DNA of 64,000 nucleotides from Phyllosticta citribraziliensis (Eukaryota): NCBI RefSeq assembly GCF_038025025.1, contig NW_027117339.1, positions 1,736,001 to 1,800,000 of the forward strand, read 5' to 3'. Shown piece by piece: positions 1 to 10,694 of this stretch (position 1 is its first letter; each line of letters starts with the position of its first letter). The notes under the pieces were generated by a model. It saw only the letters and a program-made list of their open reading frames with translations, ran no database searches and was not told where the DNA came from. The position numbers and the translations under genes were made by a program.

Positions 1-1292
1 GACGCCAATGAGCACGGCGAAAAAGACGAAGCAGACAATGACGCGCCAGTTGCTCCACTCGTACTTGGAGCCTCCCCACTGCAGCGCCAGCAGCAGGCAG
101 ACGATTCCGGGCAGGAAGAAAAAGGTGCCCGTCAGATCGAATTCGTTGAGCTTATTCCTCCAGCCGACGGCCGAGTTCTTGACGACCGAGGGAGACTTGA
201 AGAAGAAGATGATAAAGGCAGCGGCGACGGCGCCGAAGGGTAGGTTGATGTAGAAACACCACCGCCATGACACCTTGTCGGTAAATGCTCCGCCCATCAA
301 GGGCCCTGCGACACTTGCGATTCCGTAGATGCCGCCAACTGCGTCCAAGTTAGGGAGTGCCAAACCTGCTGAAGAAATTGGGAACTCACCTATGCCCGTG
401 TACGTCGGCCGCTGGCGCAAGGGCACAGTCTTGCTCACAATCAAAATGGCACCGGAAAAGACGCCAGCGGCGCCCAAGCCCGCAACTGCTCTACCGACTA
501 TGAGGGCGTTTGAGGTGGGGGCGATGCCGCAGATGAAGGACCCTAGCTCGAAGACTCCGAGCGCGAGGAGGTATATCCACTTGATGGAAAAAAAGGTGTA
601 GAGCTTGCCAAAGATAAGCTGGAACGCGCAAGTCGTCAAGAGGTAGGCCGAGCCGTACCATCCCACATCGCCCAGGGCCTTGAAGTGATCTGTGATCCTC
701 GGTATAGCAGTCGCGATGATGGTGTTGTCCTGGAGCAGGGATTAGAGTGACCATATGACTCGAGGATAAATGGTCGGCTTACCAGCGCCATGCAAAAGAC
801 GGTTAAACACAAGGCGATAGTGATGAGACCAAGTTTGAATGCGCCTGGATACTCGACACCGTCTTCGTTTTGTTCCATCTGGGCGTCATCTTCGCTTGAA
901 GTCCGCTCTATGTTGGCAGCGGCCAGGGGGCCTCCAGCACCAATGGCAGCGTCTCTGAGAGAGCGCAACGACTTTTGCGATTTTGCGTGCTTGAGCGACT
1001 TTTGTGACGGGCGAGATTTGAGAGACCTGTGGGATTGCGCATCTGGGTCGGCAGCGCGGTCTTGGGTGGCGCCGTCGCTTGCCTCTTTTTTCTCGTTTAG
1101 GAAATTGTACTTTTTGGTCTTTTCAGGGTCCGAAGGGGCGCTGGCAGAGCGTGTCGAAGGGGGTCTGCCGTCTTGGGTTGAGACTTCGGCCGTGTTGACA
1201 GAAGCAGCTGGCTTTTTTTCGTGCGTGACGTCTTGGTCGTCAAAGGCGTCGACCGAAGGATCGGTGTGGGAAGTTGAGGGAGGGTCAGCCAT
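1..1292 (-). CDS. MFS drug/toxin:H+ antiporter (DHA2, AflT-like), 3' end runs off the window
   Basis: ATG at 1292 (MADPPSTSH...). GT-AG introns 782-730 and 389-339. Spliced product has DHA2 motifs [54 protein letters not shown]. Confidence 0.93.
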
Positions 1293-2838
1293 GGGTGGCA
1301 GGATAGAGGTAAGGGCAGGGCGGCAGTCGGAAAAGGTTAAGAGGCAAGGCACGGAGGGAGAAGGAGTAACGGCGGAGCAACAGCCTGGGCAGACGGTATA
1401 TGAAGAGAGCAAAGGCGAGGGGAGAATGGTGGACGGAAACAGTTGGATCCGAGAGCGGCAGGGGCCTTCCGTTGTGTTAGAGGGTCCGGTCCAGCCCAGG
1501 CAGGCCACTGCTACTCTAATGTGATGGCGGCGGTGGTGACTGGAGTAGACATGGCGAGGGTTTCCGACCTATCAGCTGTCTCAGCCAAGGGCAGCCTGCC
1601 AGTTGTGGTCAGATCAAGCACTACTCTACTGTTGAAGCCCGTCGGGTCAGCGAATGTTGCCTGCACTGCGAGTGAAGATTCACGTCTCTGTCGCCGCCTG
1701 CGCAAAATGTGCCTACATTGGTCTAGTTGATACGCGCGACATGCACCGTACAGGACGTCGTCTGATTGGCCAAAGTCAACCATTACTCGTTGCGGCTAGC
1801 CCATTTTCTTGCACCCGGATGTGTGATGTGATGGCCTTGCTGCCTGTTCGGTTGCTGTCGTTGTCGTCTTCGTTCTCGTCGTTGTCAAGACACCGGACGA
1901 GAATTCATCTGGCGAAACAAGCCAAGAGGCTTCGTACACATCACCGTGCCATCAACACGCGCAATGCCGTCACCCGTTCAGCCCTGCGCATTGCCGCTGC
2001 ATCAGGTCGGCCCTGGAGGGTCACAGGGCTCTTCGCTTTCGCTTTCGCCGTGGCGTCCCACAAGTCACTGTTGCACGAATCCTGCCGACCGCAATGGTAT
2101 TCCGTCGTCAAATGCGCTGCTTTTCGGCTGCTGTGCCACTGCGGATAGATGCTGCTGATGACAGAGTTGTTGATTTGAAGAGTAAGCTGCAGTCGATTTT
2201 AGGTGCTCTGCACGGCAGCAGCTTTTAGCCTTCTCCGCACTCCCAGGCATCCTTCCCTGTCCATTCCATCAGACTTGACCGGGAGGGCCTGGTTGTACGT
2301 TGCAATGGTCTGTGTGGGAATTGTCGTTGAAAGAGTGCCCGTGGGTCGTGGTAGGAGGAAAAAGGGAGGATACGAGTGGGCGGCGATAGACTTCCGGGCT
2401 GCTCGTCGGCGAATCAAGAGGCCGACCAGCCGCTACGCTTCACCATGACTTGGTTTGACTGATGTTGCGACAATGCCTGTCGTCTCTTGAATCTTGGAGG
2501 ACAAAAAACAGCCACTGAGCGGCTCCGGAATCTTTTGTTAAAAAAGAAAATATTCCCCTACCAACGTGCCCTTTCTTCTCAAACCACAACTCCTTCCTGC
2601 TTTGCCGCTGACATGCCAAGATTCATGCAACCGGCCAACTGCCCAAGGTCATTGAGCCATGGCAACTTTCCACTTGCAGTTCCATCTTGACATTGTTGTT
2701 GGCCGTGCGCTGCCCATCCTCAAGACGCCGTCTCCGCCTAAACTCCGAGCAGTCCGACATCACTTCGCACCTCTCCCCACCTCCCCGCATCACCAACCCA
2801 CGACCTGAAATCCACCAGATCGTCGCGACTTCGACATC

Positions 2839-3817
2839 ATGGGCTTCTTGTCCGAAGATGAGGCATGGAACGATGTTGAGCCTATCCCTCTCGACGAGGG
2901 CGGGCCAAACGCCCTCGCAGCCATTGCCTACCCTGAGGACTACGACGAGGCCATGTCCTACCTCCGTGCCATCATGGCCAAGAACGAGATGAGCGAGAGG
3001 GCCTATGAGCTCACCGAGGCTATTATCGACGCGAATCCTGCTCACTACACTGTCTGGTGAGCTACCACCCGTGCCTGCGCGCCGGCAATTTCGCTAATCC
3101 TCGCACCACAGGCTCTACCGTGCCCGCATCGTATTCCACCTGAACAAGGACTTGCACAAAGAAATGGAATGGCTCAACGAGACGGCTCTCAGGAACCTCA
3201 AGAACTATCAGATTTGGCACCACCGCCAGACAATGATCGACAAGATCGATTCTGCCGAGGGAGAACAAGACTTTATCAAGACCATGTTGGAAAAGGACAC
3301 CAAGAACTATCATGTCTGGAGCTACAGGCAGTGGCTTGTGCGGCGTTTCAACCTGTTCGATCAAGGTGAATTGGAGGCGGTCGAGGAACTGCTCAACCAA
3401 GACGTGCGCAACAACTCGGCCTGGAACCACCGCTGGTTCCTTGTCTTTGGAGCCAACGCAGACAACTTTGGCCAGAAGAAAATCTTGGATCGTGAGATGG
3501 ACTATGCCAAGGGGGCCATCAAGAGGGCGCCCCAAAACCAGAGTCCGTGGAACTACCTGCGTGGCCTGTTGCAACACGCGCGTCTGCCAAAGACTACTCT
3601 CAAGGATTTGGCTTTGGAGTACGCCGGCGTTGATGAGGCGGACCAGGTTCGCTCATCCCACGCGTTGGATCTCCTGTCCGAAATCTACGCCGAGGAACAA
3701 AGCAAAGAAAAGGCGGCCAAGGCGCTGGACTTGCTTGCACAAAAGTACGACCCGATTCGCCGCAACTACTGGAAGTATAGAAAGACATTGCTGGAGCAAC
3801 CTCAGGCTGTTGCTTGA
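2839..3817 (+). CDS. RAM2: Protein farnesyltransferase/geranylgeranyltransferase-I alpha subunit
   Basis: Intron 3057-3111 (GTGAGC...GCTAAT...CAG) joins NPAHYTVW to LYRARI. PPTA repeats KNYQIWHHR, KNYHVWSYR, RNNSAWNHR, NQSPWNYL. C-terminal YDPIRRNYW. Confidence 0.96.
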
Positions 3818-5473
3818 GCGCAAGGACTCGGCGCAAGGATGATTTTGTACGATACCCCTCCAACAAAGTGGAGATACTACACTGATTCAAATGGAAGCAT
3901 TCATTCAACTTGGCTTGTGAGGCAAGGCGCTTGGCAATGTGGATGAATCGTGTTATGCCGATGTCACCGTCTTTCAAACGTTCTTGTGTAATTTGCGTCT
4001 GGGTGGCGCTCAGTTTAATGTTCACATGATGCATAGTCCAGATTCCCTGCGACCACTGTTTACTCGATTTCGATTCTGTCGTTACAAGATGGACTGCCAG
4101 GATCCCGAGGAACGATGCACATCTGGAGTAGTTTGTCATAAAAACTCTTTGAAGCAGCAAAATGCTTGACGAAACAGGGAAAAGAAAGCACTCAACACGG
4201 CCACGCCAAGGCCCCCGAAGCACATCTCCGTCATCCCTCTCCGCCCTTCTCGCCCTTTCGGATACATTTTCATCATCTACCCCGCATGACGAGGGCAAAG
4301 GACCAAAGGATACCAGGGGCGCGTGGATTTTCAATCCCACTCCAGAATCAGCATCCCCAACATGATGGAATCGCTAGACCAGCTAAGCAAACAAGGCTTG
4401 GTTACAAAGCTCGTGGCACACAACAAGAGCAGGGAATCAGTCTCGCTCTCAGGTAGCAATTTTTTTTCATGTTAGCAAAATACTCTTGGGGAGTATTCAT
4501 ACGGTTTTACCATCGACTAAGAGGGAACATTCGAGCTTCTATGAGTGTAGTGATTGGGAGAGTGCGTGCCACGACTTTTGCAACCAAGGCTTGAAAGGAC
4601 GCGAGCGGATCTGTCACCCAGGGAATGCGGGGAGCCACTTGGGTTCCCCGCAGGCGTGGTCGCTAGCACACGCCAAGGCGATCGTCAGCGGTCCCGTCGG
4701 GATGATCAGGAAGAAGGTTAACGGAACCTCCATCCAACGCCAACGCCAGACTCAGACACGCGCGCTTTGCATCGGCCTTCCTGGCTTGCATCTGCTTCGC
4801 GAAAATGAGCCGGCTCGCATCCACTCCTCGTCCTTGTCGGAATAGAAGCCAGACGCCAGAAATTCAGCTTCTGCACTGAATCAATTTTCCGGTGCCATTG
4901 AATCTGCAAACTATCAGTGGTTCCGTGCAGCGGCGGATGAGGCTGCTTTATCTTGACCTCCAAGCACACATTAGCTCCCGGGACGGATCCCATCAAATTA
5001 GCGTCGAGACGCGGCTACACCCGGCTGATCGACGAGTTTGGTACGCCGTAGTCGGGTTTGAAAAGAAGCTCATGAGAAGTGAGGCATGAGGTGGAGCAAG
5101 TCTAAAGTCAGACGGAAGGAAGTAGTGACCGAATGGACGGGGACTTTGGAACGACGACACGCGAGGTGGCTGGAAGTCAGACGGTCACCTACTCGAGGGC
5201 AGATATAACCACAGCGGGGCCTGCCTTTGCTTCCTGTGACAGAACATCTGTCCTGGCCTGAACCGGGTTGTTTTACCTCATTCGTTCAAGGCTTTCAACA
5301 ACTCAGCAAGAAACGACCATCAATCACTGCTTTTTCTGATAAGACAGCTTGCCTAAACTGCTCACAAGTGTACCATATCAGTCGGTATGCCGCTATTCTT
5401 TCCCCAGCATCTCCCTCTCTCCGTCCCACTCCCGCCGTCCCGGAAAAGGTCTCACTCCACCAGGAACGCCACC

Positions 5474-7003
5474 ATGGGATCCATTGATGGTCTCGTCGAT
5501 GCGGGGAGCGCCATCATTTCGGCGGACATCGGAACCACTGCGGCGGCTAACCGCTATCACGAAACCTCGAGCACAAAGACCAAAGCGGCGACAGTCCAGT
5601 GTGAGCTAGATTTGTCCTCGCTGTTCGTGCAAACAGTACCAGCAGCTTTGCCAAAGATTGCGCCACAGCCTGTACTGTCACCAAAAGCTTGCGCCAGGGA
5701 CGAGATTGAAGCTTCTGGAGTCGATTCAAGGGCAATTGATGGAGAATCATGGACGGAAGCGCCTCCGAATTCCAAGCCCTGGATCGTGACACCGTTGATA
5801 GAGTCAAAGGCACTCTCCAAGGCAGCAGGCTGGTAAGTATAGCAAAACATGAACATATTTCCAGTCAGATTTACCCCTGCGCGCCCCTGATTCCGAAGCC
5901 CCTTCGAACTCCGCTTACCCAAGTTGAACCCCGCACGACTGACTCCACGTCCCCACAGCCGTATTCTCCTTAAGCTTGATCTTCTCCAGCCATCAGGCTC
6001 GTTCAAGCTCCGCGGAATCTCGAACTTTATCCTCTACCACATCAAGAATCACCCGCGGCCGCATCTATCGCACTTCTACAGCGCCTCGGGCGGCAATGCT
6101 GGACTCGCCTGCGTTGTAGCGGCCACCACCCTCGGACGACCAGCTACTATTGTCACGCCCACGACCACGTCGCCCAGCATGCTGCGACGGCTCCGCGATG
6201 CAGGCGCCGCGGCCATCATCGTGCACGGCGACACGTTGGCGGCGAGCGAGCGCTTCATCCGCGACGTGCTTCTGGGACCAGGCGGTCAAGGCGAGCACGA
6301 CGGCGTTTTTGTACCGCCCTTTGACGACGCGCTGATCTGGGCCGGCAATAGCAGCATTGTCGACGAGCTCGCCGACCAGATGCCGCTTGGCCGCCAGCCC
6401 GATGCCATTGTGTGCAGCGTTGGCGGCGGTGGTCTACTCGCTGGCCTTCTGCGGGGCCTGCGTCGCTGCTGTTCTCCTTCTCCTGCCTCCGCCACGACCT
6501 CCTCTCGCCAGGCCTGGTCTCCGCGCGCCACGACTGTTGTGGCGGCCGAGACTGAGGGTGCTGCGAGCCTGGCGGCTGCCCTGCACGCTGGACGTCCCGT
6601 CACGCTGGCCGGTATTAGCAGCCAAGCGCGTAGCCTGGGGTGCGTGCGAGTGGCACAGGGGGCGTACGACGAGGTCGTAGGAAGCGTCACCTCCACCACG
6701 GGGCACAAGCCAGCAGCGACTGACGGTCCAGTCATCTCGTCCTCGCCAGTCAAGAGCGTTGTGTTCTCCGACGCCGACGCGGCGCGCGGCTGCGTGGTGC
6801 TGGCCGACGAGGACCGCCTCATGGTGGAGCTGGCGTGCGGCGTCAGCGTCGCCGTGTGCCTAGACGGCCGTCTGCCCAAGGTGCTGGGCCGTGATGTGAC
6901 GCCCGACATGACGGTCGTCATCATCGTTTGCGGTGGCTACGATGTCGACGTGGGGAGGCTCGCGGAATGGAGGCACGCGTGCGGGGGCCTTGTTGTTGCT
7001 TAG
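5474..7003 (+). CDS. PLP-dependent L-serine/threonine dehydratase (CHA1/SDS-like)
   Basis: Intron 5833-5958. Motifs TPLIESKALS, LKLDLLQPSGSFKLRG (PLP lysine), SGGNAG, VPPFDD, CSVGGGGL, VELACG, IIVCGG. Confidence 0.9.
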
Positions 7004-7788
7004 AGCGTCAGAAGGGCCCGCATGGTTGACGAAAGACTTGATGGACGTGGATAACGGTCTTACCCTGAGAAATTGGCAAGTATGAGATTAGACCAGACTG
7101 TATGTTAGCTTTGCCTCTGACTGCTATTGACGGGGATTAAGGCGCGTCATCCAGGGTAGACACACAGATTACCGAAGAAGAGAATAACAGCAGAAGATTT
7201 GCAAACAGCCTATCTACCAGTCAGAGTGTCATGGCTCGAACCGGTGTTGTCGGCGTAGTATTGTCGTACACGCAGTCCTCGGGTTCTGCGGACTGGCGCT
7301 TGAATGCTCCCTATCAGTCGTCTGCTAAAGCGGATGAATACCCCCTGGCTGGTCCCTCAGGATCCAATGGTTACTTGCTTTTGAAAAAGCTTAAAAGAAA
7401 GGAGACAAGCACCAAACGCAAGGAACCTAGATATCCCTGACAATTACATAGACATGAGAGCAACCAAAGGGATTGAAATATCGGAATCTTGTGAAGATCC
7501 GGTCGCACCTTTGGTCAGTGCTAAGAAGCCGACCAGTAGAAACCATCATCATCATCATCGTCACCACCCTACTCGCTCGTCGTTGACGAGTGAGACCTCC
7601 AAGATGCCAGAGTGCTGCTGTCAGCGGTGGCAAGCGGCGAGAAACTGCATCAAAAACCTCAGCGAAAGGAAAAGCAGGGGGAGCTTCCAGCGGCTCGACA
7701 AAACATGAGAATATTTCTGCAAAGTGAAGCTCATGAGTGCTCTGCTATATCCGTCGACCAGTTTAGGCGTGTCGACGAGAAGACATAA

Positions 7789-8279
7789 CGCCACCATTCT
7801 TTATGGTATACGAGGAGGATCTCTCATTCATAGAACTCCGCATGGACGCTGGCGCGATTAATTACTCTAATGGGATGTCTTAGTCCCGTAGTCCTGATAA
7901 CGTCTATTATGGTTAAGAGAGCGCCACCATTGTTTATATTATACGAGGAGGATTTCTCAGTTAAAGAACTCTATATAGACGCTGGTCGCGATAAATTACT
8001 CTAATAGGATGTCTTAGCCCTATAGTCCTAACAATGCCCATTATGGTTGAGAGAGCGCCCCAATTATTTATGCTACATGAGGAGGATTTCTTAGTTTAAA
8101 AAACCCCCACACAGATACTTATTATAATTAATTATTCTAATAGGATATCCTAGTCCCGTGGTCCTGATAGCATCCATTATGGTTAAGAGAGCGCCAACAT
8201 TCTTTATACTATACGAAGGATATCTCAGTCAAAGAACTCTGCATGGACGCTGGTCGCGATGAATTACTCTAATGGGATG
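7789..8279. repeat. Tandem array of ~134-bp units (about 3.7 copies) with RIP-type mutations
   Basis: Units start at 7789, 7922, 8056 and 8192 (CGCC...GAGGAGGAT...AGAACTC...GACGCTGG...TTACTCTAAT...ATTATGGTT(G/A)AGAGAG). Many differences between copies are CA>TA or TG>TA. Visibly AT-richer than the flanks. Confidence 0.93.
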
Positions 8280-8660
8280 GGACTGGATGAGGGGGCCAGT
8301 ATTATGGACTAGCAGACGCTATTCACCAATCGTTACGTCACGCAGTGCGAATTTCCTCATGCTCTTTGCACTTATGCTTTCGACATAAATTCTGTCCGTC
8401 CAAGCTGCTACCTCAAGAGAGTAACTTTGATAAAGATGAAAACCTTTGTTGGCCTTGCGTCTCTGTTGTGTTATGGGGGCCTGTCCTTATAATGTGGAGC
8501 GTTTTTGCATCCACTTTTCCTCTGAAATCTGAAGCCGTCGAAACAGAAGCTCCACTTGGTTCAAAGAAAAAAGTCGTTTGGGTTACACTGGCCAAAAGAT
8601 CTTCGCGGTAAGCAATTGTCTGGGACAACGGGACATTGGACTAAAAGGCGCAAACAGAAA

Positions 8661-9062
8661 ATGAGACTCTCAATCAGAAGCAGCAGCATGCTCCTCAGCA
8701 TCATGCTCGTCCTGTCCACTCTTACCATGTCCTCGTCTGCCTCTGCCCTCGCCGCCAAAGAACCGGACCCTAAAACCTCGATGCCAAAGGGTGATAAGTC
8801 TCCGTACTTGGTCTGTCCAGCGACTGAGAGGTCAAGATATGCCTCAGTAATCGCCCACTCCAAAAACTACGACGAAGTGACTTGCAGGGACGCCCCTCAC
8901 CGCGATCTATGCGACCAGTGCGTCATTGGTTTGGTTGCAGCAATGACCGCTTGTGTCGTTGCTTGCTGCGTGAATATTGAGCTCGGACCTCTGATAGCTG
9001 TCTGCATGACTGGTTGCTTCGGAGTATACGAAGGGGCTGTTGGCGGTTGCTTCAGCCGTTAG
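8661..9062 (+). CDS. Small secreted cysteine-rich protein (133 aa, 10 Cys), orphan
   Basis: Intronless ORF with a signal-peptide-like N-terminus (MLLSIMLVLSTLTMSSSASALAA) and a hydrophobic C-terminal half with CxxC, CxxxCC and CxxxC motifs. Alternative start at 8688. Confidence 0.72.
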   Translation: MRLSIRSSSMLLSIMLVLSTLTMSSSASALAAKEPDPKTSMPKGDKSPYLVCPATERSRYASVIAHSKNYDEVTCRDAPHRDLCDQCVIGLVAAMTACVVACCVNIELGPLIAVCMTGCFGVYEGAVGGCFSR

Positions 9063-9111
9063 GAGTGCCAGTTCACATGAGCTGGGGAGATGGAGAAGAA
9101 GCTTGTGTGAA

Positions 9112-9455
9112 GGACAAGATCGGAAGGGAATTCCAGTTGACGGACAATCACTCTAGCTTTCAACAAGCAACGGAAGAAAAAGAGTGCATCGAGCACACAG
9201 CCAGTGGCTTCCAACAAGCAAGTTTCAACACGGTATCGCGCCTGGATGGGTTGGAGGGCAACAAAATGGGGAGGGGCTGTTTGATGGACAGTCAATCTAG
9301 CTTTCAACAAGCAGGGCCGACGCAATGTCGTGCCTGAACGGGACAAGATGGAGAGGAAATGTTTGGTGAATCAACGCTCCAGCTTCAACAGTTAGCGGAA
9401 GGACAAGACTGCATCTCCCAGAGAGCGACGGTGGCTTTCAACACGTCTCAACACG
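9112..9455. repeat. Degenerate direct repeats (three diverged units)
   Basis: Units at ~9112, ~9257 and ~9341 share (G/A)ACAA(G/A)AT..GG...TTG...CA..CT/TCCAGCTT(T)CAACA. Core TCTAGCTTTCAACAAGCA occurs at ~9152 and ~9296, with variants at ~9207, ~9381 and ~9434. Confidence 0.65.
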
Positions 9456-10694
9456 TCGTTGCGCCTGTATGTCCCGATCAATACTTATTCTTGGACGTTG
9501 CATTTGTTGCTCTGAACCCACTTGCCCTTGCGTTGATTCCGCGGTTGGTTGGACGAGCAGCCAAGCCCGCCAAGCTTAGCGGAACGTTGACGGGCCAGTT
9601 GCGTGGATGGGAGTTGCGTGGATGGGAGCGAGGGACGCGGTGATGCGAAAGATGGGCGGATGGCGTGCTGTCGGAGAGAAATTGCTGCGCGACTTGCGTG
9701 CGCAGCGTCAGGGCTGGAATGATGGCGTCTTGTGCAACACAGAAAAAAGGACCGCCACCGCTGGACGTCGTTGTGGGAAGGCAATGGCGAATCGAAAAGT
9801 GCACGACGTTGATCGCGTTTTGATCTTAGAGATTTGATTGGTAATTTTTCTCGTTTTATATTTGTCCCTCGTTGATCGTAGCCCCGTCATGCCTTGGGAA
9901 GCGTGTCAGGTCCCAACGCAGCAACAATCACATACGGTAGAGAGCAGCGACGTAAACAGAAGACTCCAGCCGACCGGCTGGCTGAGACGAAGGGGTTACC
10001 TTGCCAGACGGCAACGAAAGACAGAAACAGCAGACAGAGATTAGCTTCTAGACCATACACCGCCGCCAGCCACTTGCTTGAGACAGCTGGTCTTTTCCAA
10101 GGAAAAGCAGAAAGATATCCAATGGATTCCTCAAAACGACAGTAGAACAGCGAAAGAAACCCCAACAGCGGCATCGCTACTGAGACAAGCCCACGAAACA
10201 GCGCTTAGGCTCTGCAGCCATCCGAGTGGATAGGCGAGGAGCCTGAGCCGAGAAAAGGGAATGAAACGCCAATGAACGCCAGGCGGGCGTGATTAACGCC
10301 AACCGCCGTTTGGTAAACTCGTGCAAGAAAAGATCATTGTTCGCAGTTTCCCATCCTCAACACCGAAGAGAGAAAAAATGTGTGGTAGCGTATCCTGTGC
10401 GCTCAGGGGCGCGAGAGATATGTATATGGATAGCATGTTGGGCGAGTAGTTGCCAGCGGGTGGGTTAAGGTGAATCGTACCCTGCTGGTGTGGGGCCGTC
10501 GCAGGACTCTTGAGCGCTGATGATAGAGCCCCCAAAGATGAAGTGAGAGCAGCGCGTAGGCTGGGGCGCCGTATATGGCGGGGGCGGTGGCGGTGGCTTT
10601 GCAGGAGTTCCTGATGAAGATGAAGGGCTGGTGGCGATTTCCACGTTGTAATGAGAGGAATCGGAGGGCGGTCCAGCTATAATGCATTGGCCGT

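Noticed and set aside
7789..8279. CRISPR-like array, or a repeated peptide gene (MVKRAPPLFILYEEDFSVKELYIDAGRDKLL at 7909-8004)
   Set aside because: Whole units are homologous with no unique spacers and no cas genes. The unit length is not a multiple of 3, and the mini-ORF is broken in the other copies (early TAA, 2-nt deletion). The KR dipeptide arises from a RIP-type G>A change.
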